From contig AP026135.1 of assembly GCA_030295235.1 (NCBI GenBank), forward strand, positions 1,240,001-1,274,102: 34,102 bases of DNA. Direction: 5' to 3'. Below the pieces are notes generated by a model that saw only the letters and a list, made by a program, of their open reading frames with translations, made no database searches and was not told the DNA's origin. The stretch is from Fistulifera solaris (taxonomy: Eukaryota). Positions within the stretch are counted from its first letter, which is position 1. Each line of letters begins with the position of its first letter. The position numbers and the translations under genes are program-made. Shown in pieces: positions 1-12,387 of the stretch.

Positions 1-943
1 CATGACAATGTATGACAGATATGACCGCTCCGCTCTAATCTAGACCGAAGGAGAAAGAAAAAGTGAGCCTAAATCGCGTCCCTAACCAAATTGTAAACAG
101 AGGACAGAAGCGCAGCCGATTGAAAAATAAAACAACTAGTCGTGCTTTGTCGTAAACGTTCCGGAAAGAGAAAAGACCTCCGTACGATAGGCGACTGCCT
201 TAGCGAGAGAATGATCTTCTGGTCGCCTCGCTCACCACCTAACGCCTCTAATCTGATTTCCAAATGAACACACCTGTTGTTTCTAAACGCGGTAAAGCCT
301 TTCTCTTCGTTGATATTTTATCAAATCCAAAATCCAGCCGTTGAAGACAATGGGCTTGGCTGGGTTGGGTGAGTGAAAAAAGAACGAGGAGAGAGAAAAA
401 CGAATAGTCCGTTCCCTACTCAAACACGACACACAAACAGGCCGCTGGCTTCAACTCCGCGTCCAAGACCAGAATAGTCAATAGAGTTCTATCCTTTTAC
501 GATGCATGGAAAAGTAAATCAAGCATCTGTCTGTCGGTCTGACAGATGGAACAAAATTTTTCAACATCGACTAAAGTATACTTCAGTCCCGCATCCTGTT
601 TTGAGATTTGATTTGTGATTGCTATGCGCCATTTTGGTCCTGTTCGCCTAAAGGTAGGCGTGAAAGACCGTAAACAATACTCCTTTTTCATCTAAAAGGA
701 GTCAGGAAAGAGGAAGCACTCCGGCTTTTTTTCATCGATGACTAGCTAGCTAGAAAAAGGATGCAAAGCTAAATGCAACGCTGTGCTATAAATGGAAATA
801 AGGGCGCAACCTCAGCTTCTTCCAGAAAAAGAAACGCCAAAAGCAAAGTATCACAAAGATTTGACATAAAGTTACGGTGACTATACTTATTGAAAAAAAC
901 TATTATATTTCCGATGTGAATATGTTCAAAAATGTGAACTATT

Positions 944-2515
944 CTAGCTATCCGAGCCGGACTCGACATCCTCTGTTTTGTCATACTTGCCAGAAGTAGC
1001 GCCATTCATTAATCGCAAACGCTGGTTCTCCAACTGCCGAATGCGTTCTTCGATCTCCTCCTTGTGCTCTTTGAGCTCAGCTTGAAGCGTATTAATTTCA
1101 TCCAAAGTAAATCGATATTCCGTTGTAGGGGGCATAACGGGAACTCCAGGGTACATGTGACCGGGCTTGACATTGTAGTCACCGTCCGTGTGCTTATTGG
1201 CAGCACGTTCCTCAGCCGTTCCAACATAGACTTCGTCGAACTTGAAGTGAGCGAAACTTTTGTGAATCTTCGCAATGACCCACGATCCGGCACACAATCC
1301 AGTCGCCTCAAGAAAGAGACAGACGCGAAGCAAAACGTAAGTGATGGGAGTCGACAAGAACGCAAGAGGGAATGCAGACGCGGCCAACTGCCACGTGATG
1401 GAGCCGACGATGGTCGTGATGATTGCCCCGAGCAAGCCTGTGTTGAAGAACTCTTGCAACTGGTTCGAGACACCAAAGATGTTCGTTTCTCCGTCCTCTA
1501 ACTTGACAGTGGTGACACGGGCAATGATGAAGAAGCAAAGGGTCACACACATCTGACGTCCCACCATGAACCCGGGCAAGTTGCGACCCGATCCGCCAAA
1601 CAACAAGTCACATGTACGCTTGGCCCAGGGACGAGTAGCGCGTTCCTCTGGAGTCATCTTGGCAACCGCAAAGAACGCAATCTGCATACCCTCGAGCATA
1701 CCGACAATGCTCATGAATACAAAGAAAAGGATGACAGCAGCAAAACCAGGGACACTCTCCCACATGGTTGTCTTTCCCTGGAACAAAGCCGACAGAGTCA
1801 CGGCAAAGGCGAAGGCAAGAATCGCAACAGACATGGCTACACGGGCCCAGTGCAACACAAGAGTCATTCCAGTGCGGGGAGGTTCAAACGACTCGGTAGG
1901 ACTGCCAAGCAAACCGAGAATACTCTGAATCAAGTAGGAAGCATGCAACAAACCAGAGGCCTCGATGGCGTTGGCCACGTAGAGAGTGAAGGTCATGAAG
2001 TGGGTGTTGATGTAATCAAGCATGCAGCGCGAGGCGTTTACTTGAGCCGCGAGCTGACCGATCATGGCCGCCATGAAGAACATAGCCATACCGGAGTCGA
2101 GGAAGATCTTGTTGACGATCGTGGGAAGACCTAGCACGTCAGCATTTTCAAGAGGAGCACCGCACATGTTTGTAGTGAAGACTAACGCCAATACCATGAA
2201 CTGACGGCCCATGAGATAACGGTTCAAGTTGTCTCCCTTGTGTGCGATTTCACAAATCTGGTGAGTGATAGGATGAGACTCCTTGTAGAGATCACGATCA
2301 ATCGGAGGAAGACCGACAAGAGAAGCCTGTCCTCCCTCGACCATCGAGAGCCAGATCAAGGCAACCCAAATCAAGACGAAAGCAAAGGCAGGGTGAACAT
2401 CAGCAGCAACTTTTGTGTTCTCACTGAAGATGAGCGCCATGACGATGACGGAAGAGAAAATCAACAGGCATGTCGAGTAGACATACTGAATCTTGTGCCA
2501 GACGTTTTCTCCCAT
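944..2515 (-). CDS. SIT: Diatom silicon (silicic acid) transporter
   Basis: Intact 523-aa ORF with about 10 hydrophobic segments, four GXQ motifs (EGGQ, MGRQ, EGMQ, VGRQ), the CMLD motif and a C-terminal coiled coil (INTLQAELKEHKEEIEERIRQLENQ). Confidence 0.97.
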   Translation of the reverse strand: MGENVWHKIQYVYSTCLLIFSSVIVMALIFSENTKVAADVHPAFAFVLIWVALIWLSMVEGGQASLVGLPPIDRDLYKESHPITHQICEIAHKGDNLNRYLMGRQFMVLALVFTTNMCGAPLENADVLGLPTIVNKIFLDSGMAMFFMAAMIGQLAAQVNASRCMLDYINTHFMTFTLYVANAIEASGLLHASYLIQSILGLLGSPTESFEPPRTGMTLVLHWARVAMSVAILAFAFAVTLSALFQGKTTMWESVPGFAAVILFFVFMSIVGMLEGMQIAFFAVAKMTPEERATRPWAKRTCDLLFGGSGRNLPGFMVGRQMCVTLCFFIIARVTTVKLEDGETNIFGVSNQLQEFFNTGLLGAIITTIVGSITWQLAASAFPLAFLSTPITYVLLRVCLFLEATGLCAGSWVIAKIHKSFAHFKFDEVYVGTAEERAANKHTDGDYNVKPGHMYPGVPVMPPTTEYRFTLDEINTLQAELKEHKEEIEERIRQLENQRLRLMNGATSGKYDKTEDVESGSDS

Positions 2516-3215
2516 TATGAAGTTGTATTGTAAATAACAAGCAGTTACTTCGTCGTTGTTTGACTGGTGAGATGAACGATTTGTGAGAGGATCGAAATGC
2601 CATGATATTTTGTACCTCTTTTCGTCGACGAGGTGAACGAGGAAGTAGTCGCTGAAATTTTCGGAGAGAAATGAGGTGCAAGATTGACGGGCGATCCTTT
2701 TTGTATCATTGAGGCGTTATAGCATTTATTTTGATAAGTAAGATACGGTATGGAAGTTATATTTGCCGTTAACGAATGAGGACGGTGAAAAAAGTGGTTG
2801 CGGTTGAATAACGTTTATCGGAAAAACAAGACTTTCAACAGACCTATCTTCAGTACCGACAATTGCCGTTGAGGAAGTTCAATGGACAGATGAATGCGTC
2901 TCTACGGTTTTGATAACGTTATTTATTTAGCGATTACGTAGTAGGATTAATCGCAGAACTTCAACTTTTGCGCCACGCACTTGTCCCATGTTGCCACGTG
3001 GTGCGTGTTGTACGGGTATGTCGTGGAGTTTCGTGTTTCGCGGATCTCGTCTCTTATCTAAGCTTAGAACGACCTAGCTAGAATAGACGACTTCTTTTTC
3101 TTCGTCGCTCCTTAATAAGATGTTCAACTAATCAAACAAAATTTAGCTTACAGCAAGAAGAAGACCATTGCGCCGCTTGGAGGAGAGAAACTAAATATAA
3201 AACCGACTACAGTCT

Positions 3216-4283
3216 CTATTCAGCAGAATCAAGGAGAGTCAAAAGAAGCTTTTCGTATTTTCCACCTGTTTCCCCTTTGATTCGTTCTTTCATATCTGTC
3301 GAATATTCTTCTGCATGTGCAATCATTACCTCTTTCAAAATACCGGAGTATCGAATTAAAGTCGCTGTCAGCAGTAGTTCGTTGCTCCCTAACCCTTACA
3401 CGCCCGGTTAACCAAATCAGAGACCTGTTTGATAGGGTTCAGTTTCATTCCTAACATGAATGTGGCGGCATCACGAACATGGCCACCCAGTTCTTTTTCA
3501 AGAGCCTTGGTTAAACTATAGCCATGTTTTTCGGCATATGCTTGGTTTAACTTTTTAACATATTCGGGCGGAGACGCACATAGAATCTTGAACAGACCTT
3601 TCTCGTTTGTGCCCCAGCTTCCGATCCCAAATTCATGCAATGCGTCAATGTCTTCCTTAACTTTCTCGTCGTTGTGAAAGTCTTCATCATAGTCTTGCTG
3701 GGAGGCCTGCATCACATTGATCACCAACGCCTCCAAATTTCCACCGAGCTCTCTGTCCAGGACTCTTCCAAGATCCTTTGTTACCAAGTCGAAGAACTTT
3801 TTCTTGAGAAGTTCCATCTCCCTGTTTGTTCGTCCACAAATAATCGTAAATAGCAAAAGCTCGTTCGTTCCAGCGCCGTCGCATGCTTTCTCAACAAGCA
3901 TGCAATCTGCAGCCAATGGGTCTACTGCAAGCAGCTGCAAAGCAAAACCAAAGTCACGATTTCCGCACTCCGATTTCATGACAGCTCTAAGTTCTTTGCC
4001 GAACAATTCTTTGTATCGAATAGGAACCTTGCACCGCGTCGACGGAGACATGCTTCCCATGACTTTCAACAGACGACTAAACGGTAAAGTAGTAGCAATT
4101 CGATTAAAAGGAAGGCGAATAAAGTTATGCAGATCTTATCTCCTTCGAAACTTACTCTTCAGCCGTGCCGAATCCTTTGCAGGCCGCGTGAATCTCTTGG
4201 CAGATGTCATCGACTTCAGCACCGAATGCGTCCGGTGATAAATCCCCTTCGAGAATAATCTCCGGATAGAATTCAATACTCAT
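3216..4283 (-). CDS. Annexin (2 exons; intron 4077-4155; apparent 1-bp frameshift near 3390)
   Basis: Four annexin repeats with GxGT-type loops: KGFGTAED, DGAGTNE, GSWGTNE, KG(L)GSNE. GTAAG..TTTAG intron joins MSIEFYPE..GFGTAE to DRLLKVMG. Restoring one base near 3390 extends the frame through GSNELLLTATLIRY..GETGGKYEKLLLTLLDSAE* (stop 3216-3218). Confidence 0.9.
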
Positions 4284-4952
4284 TTTCTTGCTCTCAAAAG
4301 GCGAATGGGTTGATGGCACAGTCGACAAGAAAAGCAACAAGAAAAAAAACAAGTTACCTGGTACTCAGTCAATACAACAAGAAGTCGTCAAGCAAAAGAT
4401 CTTCTGCTGGATGCGCATGCGAAGCACTTTGCGTCGTGTGTCGTGTGCGGGTCACAGAAAATCGACCGTTTTCCACATGACAATAGACATATGCTCTTAC
4501 CGGTACTAAGTCAAGCACAAAACACGACTGGCGTTCGTTCCAAATTTACAGCAAAACATCAACTCCGAACTCCGAACTCCGTCACGGAAGTCGCGCGTCG
4601 CGCATTACAGGCTTAAAGACTATAGGAATAAATAGTGAAATTCCGACAACGAGGATATCGTCCATGCTCATCATGCTTTTGGATGGAAATTTTGTTGCAA
4701 CAACAATGAGAGACAATTATCAAGTAAAAAGGATCTCGGAATCGCCTAGAGAAAGCTTCTGATCATTTTGATCAAGTTTCTTACATTATTTATTACGCGC
4801 TTGAGTGAACGAAAGTCGATTGTAAGTGACAGAGCTGTTTTTTGCCTGGAACTCTTTTTGCGATTGACGAGGACTCGCGCGACCAATCTCCCCACTTTCT
4901 TGCTCGAAATACTCACCGCAGTTACCCTGATTATTTTTCATTGGATAGTATC

Positions 4953-5804
4953 ATGAAAATCAATGCCAACGCGGTGCAGTTTGCTTCACTTGACATGTCG
5001 ATGACCACCGACCATGATGATGTCCGATCTACACGAAAGCTCGTCTTCAAAAGTCATTATGGATCGAGTTTAGGAAAGGTCCCGTTGCGCACGGTCGATC
5101 GCGTTCGCTGTCGTCACCATGACGTCACTCCTTGGTTGACAGGCTCGGATGACGGACAGAATTTGCACCTCGGTCCTTTCCTCTCCACCACACAAAGCAG
5201 ATGGCCAGTTGTCACGGATCACTATACGACTTATGATTCCTCCAGCGACCTTCGAGCGAAAGCATTCGAATCTTCTACTCTCTTGACGACTCCAATTCCA
5301 AGCGACTTAGTCCCACAAAATAGCCCACTCAGAGGACTCTTCACAGGAGATTCTCGTTGTGCTCGCAAACCTCAAAAACTGCTTCACAGTCATTCCCCAC
5401 CATCACTTTTTTTTCAATCAAAAGCAAACATGGCCATGATGAGTCCTTCATCGTCAACACCAAGAAGTCGTTCCATCAAAATAGCAAGGACCAAGCGATC
5501 TGAACCAGACTTCGAGGCCGATGTGATAGACAGAAATAAGTCTTTGTATGACTCGGCCACTTGGAGGATGTACAACCGAATTACTGAATATCGACGGCAA
5601 CATCCTATCAATTATGATGACATGGATGCAGGCTCTACAGGAATCGACAGCATTCAGAGCAAGTCACCGATGTTTCTTCCTCGCAAAGAGTCATCGACTC
5701 TTTACGGCCCACGGGCACTGAACCGAGTTCTGATGTCAGTTGGTCCGGTGACTCCACGAGAGCAACACAAGCTGGACGGGGAAGTTTTTGATATGGATCT
5801 TTGA
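4953..5804 (+). CDS. Hypothetical protein, diatom-type (YDxxTWRMYxRI motif; alternative start at 5430)
   Basis: Long open frame. The C-terminal part has LYDSATWRMYNRITEYR and ends EVFDMDL*, a pattern I recognise from uncharacterised diatom proteins. ATG 5430 has an A-rich start context. Confidence 0.6.
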   Translation: MKINANAVQFASLDMSMTTDHDDVRSTRKLVFKSHYGSSLGKVPLRTVDRVRCRHHDVTPWLTGSDDGQNLHLGPFLSTTQSRWPVVTDHYTTYDSSSDLRAKAFESSTLLTTPIPSDLVPQNSPLRGLFTGDSRCARKPQKLLHSHSPPSLFFQSKANMAMMSPSSSTPRSRSIKIARTKRSEPDFEADVIDRNKSLYDSATWRMYNRITEYRRQHPINYDDMDAGSTGIDSIQSKSPMFLPRKESSTLYGPRALNRVLMSVGPVTPREQHKLDGEVFDMDL

Positions 5805-8627
5805 TTCGTCTAGAAAAACAGAGATTACAAGCTATTGTTTGCTGATGTATGGCAAACAAACCAATGCATCGCGCGCTTCATTTACATCATTCCTCGTTTA
5901 GCAACACACTTCGCGCTTTGGCGTTTTTACGTTCTCATTGCATGAACGCACTCAAGCTATTACGTTAGACTAAATTCATAAAACAGCATAGATGATAGGC
6001 AATGTTTAATGTAGAAAGCTTCTTTTCTTAGAAATCATGAGCTTACTTCCTTGACGTTAGTGTGGAGTATTCGGATGATTCGCGCGAAGCAACGAAAATG
6101 ATCAATCTTTGGCAAGATTCGCATACATTTCACTGTTAGTGAAATGTTATTGCAAGGCCATTTACATTGAAAGATGCGCTCCTCTCTAGCTCCTAGCCAT
6201 TTGGGAGTTGGCTTCCTTTCGAATCTTCGACCTTGGATCGTGGCTTGTGCCTCTAGGGCGCCTAGCGCCTAGCGCAGGCGAGTTTGGAAGAGAATCAACG
6301 GTTACTGTTTTTCGTAGCTACTTATCGGCGGATGACCGTTTGCCGTATGCCCTCCGCCAACCAATTTCTTCCACATTACGAAAACGAGAACCGTGGCAAT
6401 CTACAATGTACAAGGTACACTCTACACTCACCTCCCCAACTCGGCCGACAGCCACTCATTTCCACATCACGCACGAGCTAAGAAATCCGACCCTTGAAGT
6501 TTTTCAGCTGCCTTTGCTTCATGACTACTTGATTTAGTCGGAGTCGAAGTGTCAGTTGACTAACGTAGAGCAACTTTTGGAATAAGCCGTTTTGGGTGCT
6601 CCGAAATTTTTCGAATTCTACAAAGTCTGAAATATGACGGAGTATTTACGTCGGAGTTTTACAGTTCACACTTCACACCTACACTGTTCATTGTTCATTG
6701 TTTACTACAGTAGATGATATTTATTAGGAGGAAAATTAGACCTTATGATGATGATTTTCACATTATTTATCTTATTTAGCTGCATTAGTTTGACTCTATA
6801 AGGGTCGCATGTTTCTCAGCATCGTGACCTACTGGTATAACGCTAACGCTTCATGTTTCAAACCAAATATTGATGAGATGTTCTATCAATCTGGTTGTCA
6901 TTTCATAGAATAAAAAAGTAGTATCTTTGGGCAATTTGCACTTGAAAGCTCTCAAATAAAGAGGTGGAAACATAGGTTAAGCTAGTTTTAATTTTTACAT
7001 CTGCCCGGCGAGCCTCTGGACCATGATCATTCCAACATGCTCGACTTTCCGCCAGAATTGTCACTCATCATATCCGATCATACTTGCTATTTTCTAATCT
7101 ATAAATATGGCAAAGGAAGCTTTGACTGTTACGTTTGGCACTTATTCGGGTGAAGATACGGTGAATTCTGTGGACAAGCAAGTAACTTCACTGTTTTGTA
7201 CCACCGTGTACATATTTTGGAGTTCCGTGTGTAGGTTTGAGATTTGGTAAGCCACGGCAAATATATTGATAGAAAGGTGGAACATAAGCGGGAACAATTT
7301 GTGGACTCTTCGTTGAGTTTTTGCTGTTCTATTACAAGTGAAACGGAACCACAATGAATAAGTTCTTGCAGCACTTCTCAGCTTTAACTGGGCTGTCAGG
7401 TATCTGTATCATAAAGTCAGTTTATAAATAGTTCTTCTTGTAAGGAGTGGACGGGTATCGAGTTCAAAATAATCCATCAACCCATAGCAAGCACGCAAGT
7501 AGACGTGTGGCCAGCACTAATTTGAGAGGCAGTGGTCCACTTTTTGTCTTGTTTGACCAACCATTTGGTGCAAACTCTGTCGATCCCGGCGTCTCATAAA
7601 AGACCGCATTCTTGCAGCGTCCATTGCAACACGGTCACGTTGATAATAATCAATACCGGCAACAACGAAATGGGATCTACAGATGTATACATACATATCA
7701 CATGTAAAAAGTCGATCAAAGGGTTTCACTTCGCAACGAAAGCACAATTTTCTGCTCTGCTACGCCTCCGTATTGTGGCATAAGATGTTGCCGAAGGTAA
7801 ACGTATTTCGCGCGCGAGAATGCCTGAATGCATTGTATATTGTTCAGCATATGGACCATTGCCTCTTCATATCGATGGGCTGCTCCAATAGTTTGAGAAT
7901 CTAATGGAATCCAACGATTGCTAGAAAGGAAAGACATTTGAAAAAAGTGAGCTGCGTGCGTTGAACTGAAAACCAGAAACGTTCATAATTTTTAATTGTG
8001 GAGCGTCTTCTACGATCGGAGCGGTACTCCAAAAGTACGGCGTATACACTCGCCTATTAGATTCTCGAAAAGAGTGAGAATCCAACTTCTTCTTGAGCTC
8101 CTAACCTTAGCTCCCTAAGTCTATGGTCTAAACGCTGTTTTGATTCCATCAAAACTTTAAACATATCCAAAGGAATGTCGACTATCAGACCATCGATTGG
8201 AAACACTGCATTTACACTCATTTTTATCATACCTACAACCCGCCCGTGGAAATCGAACCCCAGTCGAAACCCGAATTTTTGATGGATGCCGAAGAGCTTT
8301 TAATGAAAAACTTTTGTAACTGTTTTCCATCAAGCGTGTAAGTCATATGAAGATAGCTGCAAACTCCGACATTGCACATTGCTCTCAGCAGGAATTCCAC
8401 AAATGATGTAATATATCCAGCGATCCGAGACTTCAGACTTTCTCCTGATTTGTCGAAATGAAGGGACTTACTCTAGCAGGCTTTTTGATTGATCGTTTCT
8501 GTGCCCCGTCAGTTTCCTTCACAAGGTACAAAATGAAAGCACAGGCAAAGCTGCGATCATAACTCCACTTCGATGAAGACGACTTCTTTGATTGGAAGTT
8601 CTATGCTCTATAGACACTTCGTTCATT

Positions 8628-8732
8628 AATCTTCACAATTCGGCCCAGTTCGCCACACTGAGGAAGCTTTCGTTCATCGAATCTTCACAATTCGGCCCAG
8701 TTCGCCGCACTGAGGAAGCTTTCGTTCATCGA
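8628..8732. repeat. 52-bp tandem duplication (2 copies)
   Basis: AATCTTCACAATTCGGCCCAGTTCGCC(A/G)CACTGAGGAAGCTTTCGTTCATCG at 8628 and 8680, one mismatch. Confidence 0.95.
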
Positions 8733-9416
8733 AGAGTTACTCAAACGCAACTCCGCTAGGAGGTTGCCAAAATCCAGACTATTGCAGGATGAAGATCGTC
8801 TACGTGCTTTCGTTCCTCCTGGTAGCTTGTGATACGGTTCCATGACTTCAATATCATCCACTGTGTGTGCGGCATAGTCTGCAACCACTTGTGCTGCCCT
8901 TTGCGCCTTTTATACGACATCCGCTGACACGCTCTTGTAAAAATCCGCAAGCAGAATCGAGTTGAGCTTTCCCAGCTGTTGCTGTAAATCTTGTTCATTC
9001 AACACGACGTCCCAAGCCGCTAACCGGCTAATGGCTCTTAGCTTCTTTTCTTCTGCATCAAGATGCGTGATACCAAGGGTTGTGTGCAATGCATCGCTCG
9101 CTCTACGGCCTTGCTCCAGTTGCCTTACGGACTGTCGAACATCTCGTTTATATTTGAAATAATCGGCTTTCTGAGACGTGGAGGTTGCATTTCGCAAACG
9201 GAGACAAGTATCCGCGGAAAAAGGACCAGAATAAGAAACGTCAACAATGAACAACTCTTTTGATACAGCAGAGAGACTCGCTCACCTCACTCCAAGTTGC
9301 CTTTTTTCATCGACTGCGTACATACTGCGACGGGGAACGACTCTGTAAACTTCAGCAAATTCGTGGAATGAAATGCCTTTCTTGTTTCCTTTCGCAGCGT
9401 GTTCATTCCATTTCAT
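8685..9416 (-). pseudogene. Diatom-type hypothetical gene, disrupted (frameshift near 9305, in-frame TAA at 8910-8912; intron about 9172-9286)
   Basis: Reconstructs as MKWNEH..KKGISFHEFAEVYRV..EKKATWSE|KADYFKYKRDVRQSVRQLE..AWDVVLNEQDLQQQ..LLADFYKSVS..*KAQRAAQVVADY..AEL*. This matches the common diatom pattern V.F..V / W / VL.EQ..Q / LA..Y. Confidence 0.55.
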
Positions 9417-9838
9417 GGCGCGGAAACTCTTTTACGAAACAACTCGATGGCAAAAGGGCTCTAACGCTTAAAAAGAAGACTATCTATTCAAAAGCAGACG
9501 TTATAAGGTCAAAACAGTCGGCCGCGACGAGAATGGCATGGTCAACTTCGAAAAGAAGGGATGCGAATGCGATGGCGCTTCTTTTCCGTAAGATTTTTCT
9601 GAGCAGCGAGCACGCACGAACCTAGAAAAATGAAGGGATACAACATTGCTCACATTCAGGAACCGCTACGACTGTCTCTTGAATAGACGCAAAATGCAAA
9701 GTGTTCACTCTACAGTCCGTGACTGAAGCACAGTCATGGAATAGTGTTCTCAGGAAAAATTAGGATGTTAATAGCATCGCTCATGCTCTCTGAGGTTGGA
9801 ATGGAACCTTTCTATTTACTGCAGCAGTTATACAATAC

Positions 9839-10952
9839 CTACCAATTCAACCACGGAGTTTGTTCGTCGGCTACTGGGTATCCCCAATACTCCAATGCTA
9901 CCTTCATTTGCTCGCAAGGAGCATCCCGAAGCGGATCTTCTGATACAAACTTTCCTGTAATATCCAACGTGTTGTAAAAGTAGACACGCAAATCTTCGTA
10001 GAGGCCGGCTTGTGCGGAAGGCAAATTCTCAGCAAATTGAATGGCGTGCTGACGGTCAAGAGCATTAAAAAGAATCAGATCTCCAACAGGCAAACTACTC
10101 GGGTCGTTCTTGAACTCGGTAGGCAAAAACAAAGATCCTGCAGCGATGACGCGCTCACTTTCGATAAGATATTTCAAAACATCCTGTTCGGTTTCAGATC
10201 GTGCCGCGGCTCCTTCTGCATCTAATCCAAGGCACAAACATGGATAACCGAATCTGCCGTCATCTCGTCGCAATGTGTAATCACGAATTTGTCGCCAACG
10301 ATAGAACTGCAATTTTTGTGGGTCGTCAACTAACATTTTATGGAGCGGTTCGTTCGCCAAAAAGTCATGAATATGCGATACCGCGGTCGATTCCATGCAG
10401 ATAGCGTGTCCAACAAGTCGCTTCAAGTCAACCGAGAGACTTAGCAGTGAAGAAAGGAAAATTGATGAGAACTAGATCCGATCGAACAATGCCAGTATTT
10501 CAGGCAACTTACATAGGTAAACTCCAAATGACGTCCACCATACTTTCCGTGTTAAAGGTCTCATTGTACAGGTTGGCTTTTCGACAATACATCACATGTT
10601 CTTCTGTCAAGGCCACTCTCTTCTCGTGCAAGTCCCATACATCCTTTGTTTTTGGATGTAAAGTTTGATCCCAGTAAATCGCGACAAAACGATTGCCGCT
10701 ATTTTTCGACATGGGAACAGGAGTCAATTCCTGTGTAGGCGTTTCGTCTTCGTCTGAGTTGTAACGGCCGCCTATATTTATACTTTCCATCTCATCGTCA
10801 TCGTTGTTGTTTTCATTGTTTGATGAATACTCAGAGCCATCTGCCGCGAATGAAGAATACAGTCTGGTCTGTGTCATTTTCGTTATTGCCGGTGTGAATG
10901 CATGCACAGTCAAGGCAAAACTCAGTAGTTGAAGAATGCACAGGAGTTTCAT
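9839..10952 (-). CDS. Putative plastid-targeted YCII (YciI)-like domain protein (intron 10440-10512)
   Basis: Signal peptide with ASAFAP-like cleavage (MKLLCILQLLSFALTVHA-FTP). GTAAGT..CTAAG intron joins the two ORFs in frame. C-terminal GDLILFNALDRQHAIQFAENLPSAQAGLY resembles a YCII domain. Confidence 0.7.
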
Positions 10953-11502
10953 TCTCTTTGATTTGCTTGCAGTGTCGCAAGATAGATTATTATGCGTAAA
11001 TTGCTTGCTTTTCCTGAGCTTAGGTGCCAAATCAACCTTGCGAGTGTCTATGTCTTATTTTTGGGATTGCTTAAACAAGTGATATCTGATGCATGTGGCA
11101 GTGTAGACATCAACATCAAAATCCATCACAACAATTTTGCCGTCTTTTCCTTATTTTTTTGTCCGGGCGGCGGTGTTCTTTGGATGGCCCATTACTTCTT
11201 CGACGGTCGACTGTAGGACGAAAGCCGGAAGGAGCGGAACAGATTCTTCAAATAATAAAAAGATATCTTACCACAGTCAGTCAACTTAAGGAAACGGTAC
11301 TACTTATCAGATTATGTGATTCTGCAAAACAACTTCGGATAGTCGCCATATCTGACATGGCCGAACCATCGACACGCCAAAAAGAGATGATTTATATTTT
11401 TGGTGATGATCCCAAAAGACAATGAAAGCCTTCACTGCTTTCATCCTATTATTTCATTAAACAATACTGCATTCGATCTCCCTGTCGACCTTTAAAAGAA
11501 AG

Positions 11503-12197
11503 ATGAGCACTACAACAGCCAAGAAAATCGAGAATCCGCTTCTTTCACGTTACCCGAGTCAACCGGCTCATCCTGCTTCTCAGCCATTGCGTCAAAGCAT
11601 CAAACCTCTGGAACCAGCTACGCATCACAACATGCTTACAACGTCCAGCAATCCTCCTCCTCCGCGAAGAAGTTACGATGATGGCCTCATTTTCCCTTTA
11701 TCAGCAGACTTAGAGCCAGCCATAGCCAGCAACGATGCAGCGATGGATACCACTCCCTTCTATGATACAAGCGGCTGTTGGGTGCGCGTAATAGGTATAG
11801 CGACAAACGAGCAGCTGAATGATGCGATGAAACATTTAAGCACGTACGGCTTGATCAAACATCGTTATGGAAACGTTTCAGCGACAAGTAATATCATTGT
11901 CGTGCAATATTCATCACAGTTCGAAGCTATGGCAGCCTCCGCTTCGACCTTCATTCAAGTGACTCCCTACTTTTATCTGGCCGTGCAGCGACTGGACGAC
12001 GCCGATCCTGTTTTGCAGCGATTGATAGCAAATTCATCGGATTCTATTTTCGGTGTCGCGCGACAAGCGGATGAAGAGAAGAAACAGAATGTTATCAATG
12101 AGACAGATATTTTCTTGTGTGCTCCTCCTAAAAGGAGATCCCTGAGCGGGGGTTGATTGAGAGGTTCCTTTGTTGGTTTCTCTCGATTAAGGATTGA
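11503..12197 (+). CDS. NUP35: Nucleoporin Nup35/Nup53-like RRM protein (apparent frameshift in G-run near 12150)
   Basis: Pro-rich N-terminus, then WVRVIG..LSTYGLI..SNIIVVQYSSQFEAMAA, resembling the Nup35-type RRM. A frame shift in the G-run gives an amphipathic C-terminal helix GLIERFLCWFLSIKD*. Confidence 0.55.
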
Positions 12198-12387
12198 AGA
12201 GTGGTCAAGCTAGTTGTGATTCGCTTGGAGCGACCTTCATGCAATTTAGAAGCTCTTTGACCTTGAAGACTTAAGCTAAAGATAAATAATGATAATGACA
12301 TTCACCCTATGAATTTTACTACGGTTTGCAGATAGAGTCATTTCAGGAACATGATGAACAGCATCTAGATGAACACGTCAAACTCAA

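Noticed and set aside
944..4283. SIT plus annexin as a silicification gene cluster
   Set aside because: Adjacency only; nothing in the sequence shows co-regulation.
6950..7940. Short minus-strand ORFs that could be a decayed gene
   Set aside because: Multiple stops and no recognisable motif; cannot be supported.
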